From: Ginkgo biloba
Lineage: Eukaryota; Plantae; Ginkgophyta
Assembly: GCA_024626585.2 (NCBI GenBank)
Contig: JANKJI020000004.1
Location: 71,077,165-71,094,211 of the forward strand
Direction of reading: 5' to 3'
Length of the DNA stretch: 17,047 bases
Both the position numbers and the translations under genes were made by a program. Below the pieces are notes generated by a model, which did not search any database, was not told where the DNA came from, and saw only the letters and a program-made list of their open reading frames with translations. This document shows, one piece after another, positions 1 to 11,410 of this stretch; position 1 is the first letter of the stretch, and each line of letters starts with the position of its first letter.

Positions 1-586
1 TGGTAGAAACCCTCCATTTAGCTCCAAAATTTGTACTATCGTTTGGGAGTTATTACGGGGTCATACGGTGGCCAATTTTGACTCTCCTTATATGCTTTTT
101 GGGTAGGAGAATCTGAGTATTTTGAATATGGATTTTTTTTGCAAAAATTCATGAGTTTTCTTGCGAAAATTTTGTAATTACAATCATAGCCTCATAAATA
201 ACTCCAAAATTGTAGTCGAGTCTTCTGGCTATGTTCTGAACTCAAATCTAATCAAATTTCCCATGGAATTGCGTGCTTGGGTGTGTAGGCTTAAAATAGG
301 TTAATTGTTTTTTCAAATTTCTCTGAATCATTCGCTAAAAGTTTTGATTTGTACCAAATGTCTTCAAAATGACTTCAACAATTGCTAAATTTTAGGTTGA
401 CTTCAAATGCATTTTTGGGAGCTTCCCGATTTGATATCGAACACCTTTTTTTTTTAAACTACATAGCTCGATCTAATATTTTTGAATATACAATAGTTTT
501 TGCAAAAGTCTACATTCTCCAATGGTGAATTAAACATACTTTAATTGCATCTCCTTAGGAACATAGAACTCAACTTTGATATCACT
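1..586. repeat. Degenerate sub-repeat-rich sequence, probably a non-coding transposon remnant
   Basis: Recurrent motif in both orientations: tagctccaaaatt (~19), tttgggagttat (~42, inverted) and taactccaaaattgtag (~199). Diverged direct repeat atctgagtattttgaatat...ttttgcaaaa (~111-147) vs atctaatatttttgaatat...ttttgcaaaa (~471-507). No ORF. Family not identifiable. Confidence 0.3.
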
Positions 587-1012
587 TGTAGTGCCCCAAA
601 CGGGAAAACTATTAAATAATATGGAGAACTAACACTTCATACATAAGAAAATATAGAATAATCCAATAATATAATGATTAGAGATGAATAAGGTTGTGGG
701 GCACCTACTATCCACAATAGGCCATCTAAATTGAGAGCACCTTCTCAAAAGAGAGAAAGTAAAGAGATAATAAATTCTTGATATGAGATGATTGATGATG
801 AAAATGAGGTGAAATAAGGCCCTTTTATAGTTAAAACTTAGGTGTCGTAGTTTTAGGAACATGCTACTTGGATAAGAGGTGACTTTTGGTCTTTTTAAGC
901 CTTGTAGCAACTTAAACTTGGGTGTTTGGTTATAAGCCCTCTTTTAGTGCTAATTTTGGGTTGAATTTAGGCTCTTTTAACCCTTAGCATTAGGTTTTCT
1001 TCTTCTAACTCT
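587..1012 (-). mobile_element. 3' end of an LTR (Gypsy-like), truncated by an assembly gap
   Basis: + strand TGTAGTGCCCC at 587 equals minus-strand terminus ...GGGGCACTACA, a canonical LTR CA end. Minus-strand TATA box CTATAAAAGG at 821-830 is followed on the minus strand by a CT-rich R/U5-like tract. The 629-910 ORF here is non-coding noise. Confidence 0.5.
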
Positions 1013-1112
1013 NNNNNNNNNNNNNNNNNNNNNNNNNNNNNNNNNNNNNNNNNNNNNNNNNNNNNNNNNNNNNNNNNNNNNNNNNNNNNNNNNNNNNNNN
1101 NNNNNNNNNNNN

Positions 1113-1207
1113 GCAGCCATAGTTGATGATGAAGCTGGAAGGATTTGTTGTTATTTGACCCTAGTGTAATGATAGCCCCTTGTGCATATTCCCAGGACAG
1201 CTTGGAG
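1113..1207 (+). pseudogene. Possible decayed exon of a RING-CH (RINGv/MARCH-type) E3 ubiquitin ligase
   Basis: Two frames give AAIVDDEAGRICC and FDPSVMIAPCAYSQDSLE, resembling the RING-CH motif E-C-R-I-C...M-x-x-P-C-A-C-S-G-S-L-K. It ends exactly at a strong donor GAG|GTAAGT (1208), where as I recall plant RING-CH genes commonly have an intron. Requires a frameshift and loss of two Cys; the expected next exon (YAHRKC...) was not found. Confidence 0.4.
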
Positions 1208-1926
1208 GTAAGTTAACTCTTTGGTCTTTGTTTTGAATGCTAGGAGTACCGACCTTGAAAAAGGACTATGTTTTTGGAGTTGTAACATTAGAGAATTCGC
1301 AAAATTAGCTGAATGTATGCTGTGTTCCTTGAGACTTCTTTATGCTGTTGCATTTTTATTGCCAGCATATAGTTCTATTGGCCCAGAATTTGGATTTTTG
1401 CTGAAAAGTTCAGTGTCATCTCTTTCAGAACCCATGTACCTTGGTAGAGGTTTTTTATGTTGTAGATTGTTTTGATATAGTGTTATGATTTTCTCTCAGT
1501 TTTTGCTAATTCTGATTCTTGTGCTCTACTCAAATGCTTTCACTTGGAAAGTGGCGAGCACTAGAATTAGTTTTAATGCAATCTCATTCATGTGGCTACA
1601 GTTCAAGTTGCCTATTTAATCAGAATGCTATCAACTCAGCATTTTCTTTGAAATATTATACACTCCTGACATGCTACTATTCTTTTGTCTGTGAGAGTGA
1701 ACCTTCATTTTGTCATTTAATTAAGTGCAACAAGTTGTGAATTTCTAGAGGATATTACAATCTTTTCCTGTCAAAGGTTACCAGTTGCAGTCAAGTGCAC
1801 AAAATAGTTGAGGAGCCATGAGATGTGATTGGGATAGACTACTCTTTCACAGCGGTAGTTGGAAAGTTTCTCTCTTTTTTGTATTGCTTTATATAAATCT
1901 AATGCTCAACCTCTGTTTTCTTTCAG

Positions 1927-1968
1927 AGCATGCAATTTTAACTGAAAGTAGAAGACCTCACTGTATCA
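1927..1968 (+). other. Putative 42-nt cassette exon (splice signals only)
   Basis: Polypyrimidine acceptor ctctgttttctttcag (ends 1926) and donor ca|GTAAGT (1969). It does not continue the upstream exon in frame (stop in phase 0). Confidence 0.2.
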
Positions 1969-3613
1969 GTAAGTTATTTCTTGCAGCAGAGGGCTGCAGT
2001 TGAATAGGGTAATACAAATTGCCCCACCTTGAATTAATTTTGGGAACATTGAATAACTGGTCAACACTAGGGATGGGACATAAATATTTTTCAAAATATT
2101 TTGATTTGGAGGTTCCTTATTGAGTTGGAGGAACATCTTTTTGTGCAATGGAATTTGCAGTAGCTGCAGTACTTTTTGTAGGAAATGTAAGCAATGATTC
2201 TTCTCTAAAGCATGTGTTTCAATTGTTTCATTCGGCTATTATGGTTATAATTTATCAAGGTGTTTAAGTAGATCTGATGACTAGACAAGCAACTGGGTCA
2301 ATATATTGGGCATGAGGCCAAGCTGATGTGATAGCCTATATTCCTGAATATGTTCTCATTGAACAATTGGAAAGACCTATTGTCTCTTGGGACAAAACTT
2401 GCTAGGCAATTTAGGTTGTTTGGGCTGTAACCGGCTCTGGATATATCTTACGGATACTTGCCATCTTTTGAACATTGTTGGTTTACTATAAATCACGCCA
2501 ACAATGTTTCTTTTTAAATCAGGGAAAAGTAAGTCTCATAGATATCAGAAGGGCAAAGTTGGCGGCGGCATATATGCTTGTTGGCAAGTTTGCCAAGGAG
2601 GTGGTTGAGCTTAGGCACCTGTTTCTGAGGCATGGTTTACTGATTCAGATTGTTTTAGTTATTTCATTTTCGTAAAGGATACTGGAGTAATGTCTTGCAG
2701 GGGTTATTTGTTTTACTTAATTCACTATTTCTGCTGACGAAAATAACATCAGCATGGTCAATTTGATTCAAGATCGAGTTGTTGCTATCTATCTATCTAT
2801 ATATTGGAAGTGAAACAGGGTAATACATGATATACTAAATGGAAGTTGGGCTTGGCCATCCCAATTATCTACATTTCCTAAATCTACATAACAGATTTAC
2901 ATTAATATATATGGTAAGTAGAGGTGGCATACATTATGAAATGCCTGACCTCTACATGATTTACAGTCATATGCAAGAAGGATAAGGAGATAAACAAGAA
3001 GTTGCTTCATGTTCTTGAAGTCTTGGCACATCAATACATATGGGTGTAGAGAAAGATCAGGCCACAGATTCAGCTTTTGGTATTGAGTCTCAATGCCCTA
3101 CTTATTGATTCTAAGTCAAATGTTGAGAAAGTCTCTGACAGATCCAGTCAATCTCCCTTCAAATGGGATATCGAAAAAAAAAGGGTATGCTTCTTTATAA
3201 TTAAATAATCTAGTGATCTTGGATCCCTATTGGAATCAGAAAAGGATTGATGATTGAGTGATTACTAATCTGGTCTAACAAAAGATTAATCCTTGAGAGT
3301 TCTATTTAGATAAGTTTAATTTAACTCACCCCAGGTCAAAAACTGAAAGCAAGAGTTCAAAATTGCATACTTGACCTTAGTGGAGATCAGAATTGGATCT
3401 TTTGTTAGGAACAAGTGAAATCCAGAACTATTAAATTGAGGCTTTGGTAGACAAGTAGTCATCATCAAAAGGTAGAAGGCAAAGAAGAGCTAGAATATGA
3501 GACACTAACTGAATAAATCCAAATAAGAGTGAATAAATGTGAAATTGGCCTATGAGCAGTGGAGGTCTACAAGGACAGGGGTGCACGACATAGAGGTGGA
3601 CTCTACTCGATGC

Positions 3614-4418
3614 NNNNNNNNNNNNNNNNNNNNNNNNNNNNNNNNNNNNNNNNNNNNNNNNNNNNNNNNNNNNNNNNNNNNNNNNNNNNNNNNNNNNNNN
3701 NNNNNNNNNNNNNNNNNNNNNNNNNNNNNNNNNNNNNNNNNNNNNNNNNNNNNNNNNNNNNNNNNNNNNNNNNNNNNNNNNNNNNNNNNNNNNNNNNNNN
3801 NNNNNNNNNNNNNNNNNNNNNNNNNNNNNNNNNNNNNNNNNNNNNNNNNNNNNNNNNNNNNNNNNNNNNNNNNNNNNNNNNNNNNNNNNNNNNNNNNNNN
3901 NNNNNNNNNNNNNNNNNNNNNNNNNNNNNNNNNNNNNNNNNNNNNNNNNNNNNNNNNNNNNNNNNNNNNNNNNNNNNNNNNNNNNNNNNNNNNNNNNNNN
4001 NNNNNNNNNNNNNNNNNNNNNNNNNNNNNNNNNNNNNNNNNNNNNNNNNNNNNNNNNNNNNNNNNNNNNNNNNNNNNNNNNNNNNNNNNNNNNNNNNNNN
4101 NNNNNNNNNNNNNNNNNNNNNNNNNNNNNNNNNNNNNNNNNNNNNNNNNNNNNNNNNNNNNNNNNNNNNNNNNNNNNNNNNNNNNNNNNNNNNNNNNNNN
4201 NNNNNNNNNNNNNNNNNNNNNNNNNNNNNNNNNNNNNNNNNNNNNNNNNNNNNNNNNNNNNNNNNNNNNNNNNNNNNNNNNNNNNNNNNNNNNNNNNNNN
4301 NNNNNNNNNNNNNNNNNNNNNNNNNNNNNNNNNNNNNNNNNNNNNNNNNNNNNNNNNNNNNNNNNNNNNNNNNNNNNNNNNNNNNNNNNNNNNNNNNNNN
4401 NNNNNNNNNNNNNNNNNN
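3614..4418. other. Assembly gap (805 N). Other gaps: 1013-1112, 5734-5833, 6787-6805, 10555-10654, 12266-12597, 14670-14769, 15852-15951
   Basis: Runs of N. Five of the gaps are exactly 100 N, the usual placeholder for unknown size, so continuity across them is not guaranteed. Confidence 0.99.
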
Positions 4419-5009
4419 GGAGAAAGGTGGTGCATACGATCATTTTTTCTTGATTAAAGGTGATATTTTATTAATCAGTGTAAAGCTTGGAGAAAAATTA
4501 AGCATATTGTTGACTGTATACTGCATATCCTCAAAAACTACACTCCTCATTGGGAGGGAAAATTTCCACATCACTAGAAAAACCATTAGAATCTACATAG
4601 CTATAAACTCAAGTCATCTACATAGCATACCAACTCATCTTGTAAGAAACTAATTTATGAAGCACAAGGCAAAAACACAATGGCGCAAATTGGGCAAAAT
4701 TCAGATAATTATTGGAATGGAATGCTCAATCTATAGGTCCCTTTAGAGTTAGTGGGCTCTGAATGCGAATTCCTTTGGATTCCTTGAGATTTTGATGAAG
4801 ATGGTGTGGATTCTTGTCTTTGCTACAATTGCATTAGACTTGGTCTATGATCATTATTGTACCAGTTTGTTATATCATCAAATTTCAAAACAGAAAATTC
4901 ATCAATATGCCAAATTCCTTTGAAAGGTGCCCATTTTACAAATATTTATTGGAAAATAGTATTAAATTTCCCAAACTTTGTATAAAATACGAGTAAGAAT
5001 ATATATATT

Positions 5010-5154
5010 TTTCTTTATGAAAATATAAATGCTTGACACTTTTCTTTTTCATACAGAAAATGAGGGCAATGTGTATTGCTTGCGCACAATAAACATTACG
5101 CTCATTTTTTGTATGAAAAAAATATTGTCAAGCATCAATATTTTCATACAGAAA
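5010..5154. repeat. Foldback inverted repeat (about 68-bp arms, 8-nt loop); MITE-like or hairpin-RNA candidate
   Basis: Left arm 5010-5078 (tttctttatgaaaatataaatgcttgacac...tgagggcaatgtgtattg) matches the reverse complement of 5087-5154 at roughly 85% by hand alignment. Loop is cttgcgca. Confidence 0.9.
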
Positions 5155-5693
5155 TTCATTTTTAAAATGTTTTCCTTATTGTAAGTTTATTTGAAATTTT
5201 TTTTTGCAAGTGCTTCACATCGTAGTTTGCAATCTAGGTTTTTATGTTGATAAGGTGAAATGTGAGCTATGCAAGATATGTGAGTGTAAAACTTGTTTTT
5301 TAGTATTGTCAAATAGTTAAAAAAAATATTGAGCTTTACCCTTTGTAAGTGCAAATAATATATCAAAGCCAAATTCTAGGAGGATTCTTAGATTGAAACA
5401 AAATTTATATTCGTATAGTCAATCAAATGCATCTCCTATACGAGACACAAAAGAGGCAAAACTCATAATGCACAAATATATTAAATCACAAATTGAGCAT
5501 ATTGAAACTCGTCTAACGGAGAAATATGTTAAACACATTTAAAACTCTATCTTATGGAGTGCATAACTCAAAGGAATATGACAATTGCAATAAGTTTGAT
5601 GTATAAATAAAAATGCATGTAAAATATAATATCAAAATGTACAAACCACGAGAGAAGTTACAAATAGAGGGAACAAATTCATGTCTGACAGAG

Positions 5694-5873
5694 TAGTGCA
5701 CAAAACTTAATGGACAACATATGTAGAAAATACNNNNNNNNNNNNNNNNNNNNNNNNNNNNNNNNNNNNNNNNNNNNNNNNNNNNNNNNNNNNNNNNNNN
5801 NNNNNNNNNNNNNNNNNNNNNNNNNNNNNNNNNTAGTGCACAAAACTTAATGGAAAACATATGTAGAAAATAC
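5694..5873 (+). repeat. 40-bp direct repeat flanking a 100-N gap (likely unmerged contig overlap)
   Basis: tagtgcacaaaacttaatgga[c/a]aacatatgtagaaaatac occurs at 5694-5733 and 5834-5873 with a single mismatch, exactly abutting the gap on both sides. Confidence 0.9.
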
Positions 5874-6094
5874 AAATAAAAAAACGTAGTGCCAAGTGGA
5901 TTCTAGAAGTTACTTTTTATAATGAACATGTGCTTAAGCTTCTACTCCAACTTAATATATTTGGTTAATTTCCCTAACGATATATAGAGCTATGTATATT
6001 CGTGAAGATGTTGCAACAATGTTTCCACATAAGTGATTAGGACCATTTGTTAACTACATTAATACAATAAGATACACCATTCAAACTAAGTGAA

Positions 6095-6344
6095 AAAATT
6101 ACATGGAAGCTAATACTTTTCATCAATAACTACTACTAAGATTTGCAACGAGCTAAGCTCTAGAGTATTGTTTCTCACATTTGATTTAAAAAATGACCAT
6201 GCTATTGTTTAACAAAAATGTTTATAATGCATTACTTTTACACAGTATTTATTACATTGACAAATTGTAAAAGTGTTTTTTTATTGCTTTTCAAAATAAG
6301 TCTCTAAAATGAAGTGTGTGCAGTATATGGGATGTTTGAAATAT
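6095..6344 (+). mobile_element. L1-type LINE ORF2 remnant, N-terminal half of the zf-RVT region (interrupted by the Gypsy insertion)
   Basis: Decayed translation TWK.../FSSITTTKICNELSS/IVSHI*, then KCFFIAFQNKSLK*SVCSIWDV (6271-6336). This resembles plant L1 ORF2 K-C-F-x-W-L-x-x-x-N-K-L-P...C-S-I-C preceding the E-T-x-x-H-x-F-x-x-C half of the zinc finger. The upstream boundary is uncertain and may extend to ~5940. Confidence 0.55.
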
Positions 6345-7287
6345 TGTTATCAAGAAAAGGTGCACCTTAAAAATATTTTCTTAGTTTGGCTTGATTAAAT
6401 CAAAGTTTTGAGAAGTTAAGGAAAAGCATAGTGATTTAACTTGTGGCGATTCCTTAAATCATTGTGGCTTTATGTAGAATTTTTTATTGACTTAAACAAA
6501 GCCAAGAAAATTGTCCCTTAAGCCTTGGTGACATTTTGTCACATTATTAGCATTTTGTTATGCTTTCTCTAGTTCACAAATAAAATCTTGCTACGGATCA
6601 TTAAAAATAGGGTTATCATAATCCCTTCAAAGATCATTATATATTTATTTTCAAAAAGCATTTTCTACTTTTGTAATTCATGTCGTTGTTGCTTCTTATC
6701 TTTGTAATTCTTCATCGAAGGGAGCTTTGTGTAAGCCCAATATTCCTCTTGAGGATTTAACTTCCACTTGAAGTCATAACTTAGCCNNNNNNNNNNNNNN
6801 NNNNNTTCTAAGTGTATCCTTCCATTTTTTCACTCTATCATCTCACTATTGGTTTGTCCAATAGGTTGTTAGGATTTATCACCCTTCATTAAGGAGTGAA
6901 AAGAGAGAGCATAATGTAGTTGGTGCAAGCGTTGCATTAGTTTGTAAAGAGTCTTTCTTCTAAATTTGTATTGCTTGTTTTTTTGGTTCTTGTTATTCTA
7001 ACCTCTTGTGTGCATGATTCAATCGTTTTATTATCTTTGCACTAAACATATATATATATTTTTGTTCATAGAGGCAAGTATATCAAGTCAGAGGGAGTAA
7101 GGAGCTTGGAAAACAAGAGAAGCAAGTTATTCAAGCTATTGCTAACTCCAAGTATGTAACTCATCTTTAAGTATACCCCCACTCTCCATTGTTATAATTT
7201 ATGTTTTGGTTAGGTATTAATCATCTTGAGTCAAGGTCTCTATATCACACTCATCCTCCTAAAATAGTGCACTAAAACCAAATAAGA
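6345..7287 (+). repeat. 5' LTR
   Basis: 6472-7287 aligns with 12598-13641 (e.g. aagccaagaaaattgt, ttttctactt, acttccactt, atcaagtca, caagttattcaag, ctcatcctc). Begins TGT; a PBS-like motif follows immediately. Decayed TATA (ttaaaaatagg, ~6601). Confidence 0.8.
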
Positions 7288-7289
7288 AT

Positions 7290-7308
7290 TGATGACTCTA
7301 GTGGAGGA
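7290..7308 (+). promoter_or_regulatory. Degenerate primer-binding site, tRNA-Arg type
   Basis: TGATGACTCTAGTGGAGGA vs the Tat/Ogre-type PBS TGGCGACTCCACTGGGGA (complement of the plant tRNA-Arg(ACG) 3' end). Located 2-3 nt after the inferred LTR end; mismatches are mostly transitions. Confidence 0.6.
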
Positions 7309-7812
7309 GGGATGAAGGGGGTTGGGGGTGGAAATGATAGGCCATGGAAGAAGCCCTCTTTCCTTTTGTGATTTATTTCCCTCTCAATTTTTATTTTTTG
7401 TTGGCTTATCCTTCGATGAAACCTTTTTGCTTTTGCTTTTTGCCTCTATACAAAAGTACATCGACTCTCATATTCATCACCACTTAAAGTTGTATTGATT
7501 CATATAATAGTTGTGAGTTTGTTTGTAGTTAGTAACTTGCTTTTTATCTACAAAAATTCTAACCATACATCATAATAGGATTGTTTTTTCGAGTAGAGTT
7601 ATATACCTTGTCATCTCCTTAGCGATAAGAAGATCAAGGCATCTATACGGCCTTCCCCTCAAACATAAATTCTCATAAGTCGTTTGAAGACCCTACACTT
7701 AATCAATCCATCCAAATGACAATTTTGATTATTCCTCTTCATAACCTATCCCTAGGACTAGAATCTATCCTTTGAAACTTAATGCACCCTTAACTTAGGG
7801 AGAAGAATTAGT

Positions 7813-8730
7813 ATGGCATCCATCCAACTTCCTAAAGGCCTTTCTTTCCTTGGGAATATATCCATAAACATAGCCAACTCCATCAACACTAAGAATGAGT
7901 ACATTAAGAGGGGTAGTTCATGGTTTCCCTTATTAATGATCTCCTCTAACGTGCTCAAATGTAGAGGTAAAGAGGATTTGAAACTTGGATTCCACGCTAA
8001 TGAATTTAAGGTATGGCATCAAAGTCATGACCTAATGGAAGATCTTTGTTAGATTAATTTCCTTTTCCTTCAAGGGGTAAGCAATCTTATGTTATTATAA
8101 TCTTGTTGATGACTTCATATCCTTCTCCTAAGACTTAGTACCAAAGTTTGTCTTTAGGTTTTTATTTAGGATTCCTTAGATGAACTTAGGAACCTTAGAC
8201 AAAAACTAAGCAGGTACATTCTTGACCACATCAAGAAGTGGAAAGGTGTTAGGATGAAGTGTAAGATGTTTGTTAGTGAACAAGATACTCTCCATTAGTT
8301 TTGTTTAGACCTTGAGCTTGATATAACAAAAAATGTAATATCCTCCAATCCAAAAATCAAGTAGGAAGCCATAAATCTTGCTTAGAGGGTCCACCAAATA
8401 GAGCATAAATTTTTTCCTCGTCATTAACCTTATATCCCTTATTATACCTAATTTCCTATGAAAGATCCTCCCTTTAACACAGATCTTGTAGGTGATGAAG
8501 TTATAGGTTACCCCTTAAATGGCATATTCATTTCACCTCCCAATAGGTCAAACCAAATAAATGGTAGGGGACAACCAAGTATATCCCCATTCAAAGGTTA
8601 CAATAGACTCACTTATCCTAGTGTTAATAATCTTAACCAAACCTAAATACCTTCCCTAATCATAAGAATATATAGATGGTTGAACCTTAAGAAGTCGTTA
8701 ATTTTCCTTGCACAAATGATCTCTCAATTC
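7813..8730 (+). pseudogene. gag: Retrotransposon gag (decayed)
   Basis: LSFLGNISINIANSINTKNEYIKRGSSWFPLLMISSNVLKCRGKEDLKLGFHANEFKVWHQSHDLMED resembles gymnosperm Gypsy gag LPFLATL...WP...PSDIPKFEGK.GEDP..H...F..W...N.LMDD. SLDELRNLRQKLSRYILDHIKKWKGVRMKCK...EQDTLH*F...ITKNV...EAINLA resembles RQ....HISDHI.EW...R...EEQAI.RAQ. Multiple stops and frameshifts; end approximate. Confidence 0.75.
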
Positions 8731-9248
8731 CCACTTATATGCCCCATTATTAAGCTATGCATGAGATGAGTTATTCGAGCCATAATAGTATCCCACAACC
8801 TTTGCCATTTTGACCAATTCATTTGCCATATTTGAATGTCATCATGTATCTCGTTTACCCTCTGGAATATCTAGGGGTGAAAGCCATGAGGACAAGGGGA
8901 ATGTGCACCTTCACAAGAATATTAATGACTAGAGTAGAACTTGATGCTAGGGTAATAACTACGTTAATGGCGCAAAGGGAACAAGCTAGTGAGGTCGGGT
9001 GAAATGAGGAAGTCCCATTCATTTCTCAATTAGATGCACCATTGAAGATTTCACCTTTAGAAAAGTAATTTATCCAAAAAATAATTCCTAAAAAGCCATG
9101 CCAAGTCACCCTTGACTATGATATCATCTTTCGCCTCAACCACTCCCTAAGCTCTATGTCATATCTACAAATCCTTAAGCCTTGCCTAGATCAAAGATAT
9201 AAACTCCTAAATGCCCTAGGTATGCAAGAAACCCTAAAAGAATCTTAA

Positions 9249-9615
9249 GGAAAATCCAAACCATTTATTGTCTTCACACAAGTTAAGGATGTCGGGATCA
9301 AATATTGCGTTGTAGATGAAGGATCAACCCTAATCATCATATCAATTAGCACCATTAGGCAATTAGAAATAAACAATATTTTCCCTAGTGGTAGTCAACT
9401 TAAAACCTTTGGTGATTATAAGGTACCCTCAGTTGATCAAGTTTGTAACGTGCCCATAACTTATAAAAATTGTCATCAAAATTGTAGACACCAACTTAGG
9501 ATATAACGTCTTGTTGGTCAGGGATTGAATGGAAGAGATGGGGGATGTCATATCTTTGGTCTATCATGTCATCCAATTTCTTTATCATTGTGGGAAAATC
9601 ATAGCCATCCCTTAA
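9249..9615 (+). pseudogene. pol: Retroviral-like aspartic protease of pol (decayed)
   Basis: KYCVVDEGSTLIIISISTIRQL...LKTFGD..., then after a frameshift KIVDTNLGYNVLLVRD*MEEMGDVISLVYHVIQFLYHCGKIIAIP. Shows the catalytic D-E-G-S (D codon at 9315) and the YN.LLGR.W motif with Trp mutated to stop. Confidence 0.85.
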
Positions 9616-10134
9616 TCTATGTTTGATGATCCTAATGACACCACTATTCCAAATGGTACAAAAGGGTTTCCCAAGGATCATAGTAGGAAAACTACATAAG
9701 AAGTTGTCCTGCAAAGGAAGTTGCTTATACCTTCTCCCATTTGCATAGAAATATCATTATCTACTCTCAAGAATGGTTGCCAACTCCTTCATCAAAACCT
9801 AAAGAAGAATTTATCCACTTGGTCTTGACCATAGGTGTTGAAAACCAAATTCTCATACTAGATGTCTTCGAGAATGACAAAGCCATAATCTCGATAATGG
9901 ACATTGAAGACAAAGATTGGAATATGTATTACCACAAAAGTAGGTAGGACGATTTCTTTTTATCTAATGGCAAGGTAGCCTATGTGTCCCCTTCTTACAA
10001 AGAGCCATCCACTAGATCTATATTCCATGTGGAGACTTGGAATTTTATTCCTCAACAACTATCTGAAGGAGCCTGCCTCCCACTCCTTATACCTACAAAG
10101 AAGGCAACCTTATGAATATTGAACAAACTAGGGA
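9616..10134 (+). pseudogene. PR-RT linker of pol, copy A
   Basis: ILDVFENDKAIISIMDIEDKDWNMYYHKS resembles the LD...PSDEAILE.M...D.PW...HHRS motif of gymnosperm Tat-like linkers. Includes ORF 9741-9947; homologous to 10760-11230. Confidence 0.6.
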
Positions 10135-10554
10135 AATAGACATATCTATTAATGATAAACCTAGAGTCATTCTCATAAGTCATGATTGCACCCAAGATGA
10201 AGAAGAAAAGTATATTGCCTTATTTAGTGAGTTTAGGGATGTATTTGCATAGTCCTATGAAGAAATGCCTGGAATGGATACTAGCTTCATCTTATACACC
10301 ATAGAAATAAAGACCCCCACTTATTAGAAAAAATAAAGACCCCTTAATCCCCTCATTATAGAATCCATCAAAAGTAGAAGTCTAAAATTTGCTAAATGTT
10401 GACTTCAACCTCCCTATACAATATCAAATTAGGTAGCCAATATTGTAATAATTGTCAAGAAGAATGGGAAGATTTGTATTTGTATGGATTTTAGGGATCT
10501 TAATTAAGTCTACCCAAAAGACAATTTTCCAACACCCTTTATTAATCAAATAGT
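10135..10554 (+). pseudogene. pol: Reverse transcriptase N-terminal region (decayed, cut by gap)
   Basis: DCTQDEEEKYIALFSEFRDVFA*SYEEMPGMD...KK*RPLNP...VEV*NLLNVDF...*VANIVIIVKKNGKICICMDFRDLN*VYPKDNFPTPFINQI. This is the Tat/Ogre RT signature (FAWSY..MPG, W.ANIV.V.KK.G..R.C.DFRDLN.ACPKD.FP.P.IDQ.V). Confidence 0.95.
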
Positions 10555-10689
10555 NNNNNNNNNNNNNNNNNNNNNNNNNNNNNNNNNNNNNNNNNNNNNN
10601 NNNNNNNNNNNNNNNNNNNNNNNNNNNNNNNNNNNNNNNNNNNNNNNNNNNNNNTTTGTAGGTAAGTCCTACGTTCTTGTGAGTCAAAT

Positions 10690-11410
10690 CCTTCTTTTTT
10701 ATTTCAATTTTAGAAGAAAAAATATATTCCTCCTTAACTCCATTGTTATTTTGGATGGTAAAGAAGTCCCTTTTGTATAGGGTGTCTTAAGGACGATGAT
10801 TACAAAACCATCTGATAAGTCATCTTGTAAAGGAAGTTGCCTACACCTTCCTCAAGTTGCATAGATATACCCTTGTCAACTCTTAAGGATGTCTTTTGAT
10901 TGTCAAATTTCTCATCAGAATCTAAATAGAATTTGTCAACTTGGCCTTAATCATACAAGTTGAAGACAAAATCGTTATACTAGATGTCTTCAAAATTGAC
11001 AAAGCCATAATCTTATTCATGGACATTGAAGACAAAGATTGGATTATGTCCCACCACAAAAGTGAGAAAAAACATTAATTGTCGACTAATGGCAATCTAG
11101 CCTATACTTCCCCTTCTTATGAAGAGCCATCCACTAGACTTATCTTCCATGCAAACACTCGTTATGCCATTCCCCAAGAATCAATTAATGAAGTCGTGCA
11201 TCTTACTTCCTTCCCTATAAAAAAAGATCTATAGTGGACATATCCATCAATGGTAACCTGAAGTCATCCTCATTAGCCATAATTGCACCCAAGAGGAGGA
11301 AGATGAATTTATTGCAACATTTAGTGAGTTTAAGAATATGGTTGTATGGATCCATAATGAATTTTCAAAGATAGAAACCAACTTGAGCCCACACATCATA
11401 AAGACTAAAC
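10690..11410 (+). pseudogene. Second, diverged copy (B) of protease end + PR-RT linker + pre-RT segment
   Basis: Collinear with ~9570-10315, sharing aaaggaagttgc, actagatgtcttc, gacaaagccataatct, atggacattgaagacaaagattgg, gagccatccactaga, attgcacccaaga and atttagtgagttta. Confidence 0.88.

Noticed and set aside
2475-2675. 66-aa ORF GKVSLIDIRRAKLAAAYMLVGKF... after a splice acceptor
   Set aside because: No recognisable homology, and it does not match the expected next RING-CH exon.
2830-3613. Moderately purine-rich stretch with short open frames (e.g. IDSKSNVEKVSDRSSQSPFKWDIEKK)
   Set aside because: No recognisable domain on either strand; many stops.
3431-4653. Long ORFs of 297-364 aa in the ORF track (also those at 5552-5895, 10424-10687, 12206-12730 and 15767-16009)
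   Set aside because: They are open only because they run through N gaps.
4419-4740. AYDHFFL / KAWRKI motifs faintly like a LINE zf-RVT tail
   Set aside because: No cysteines in register and no further motifs; too weak to call.
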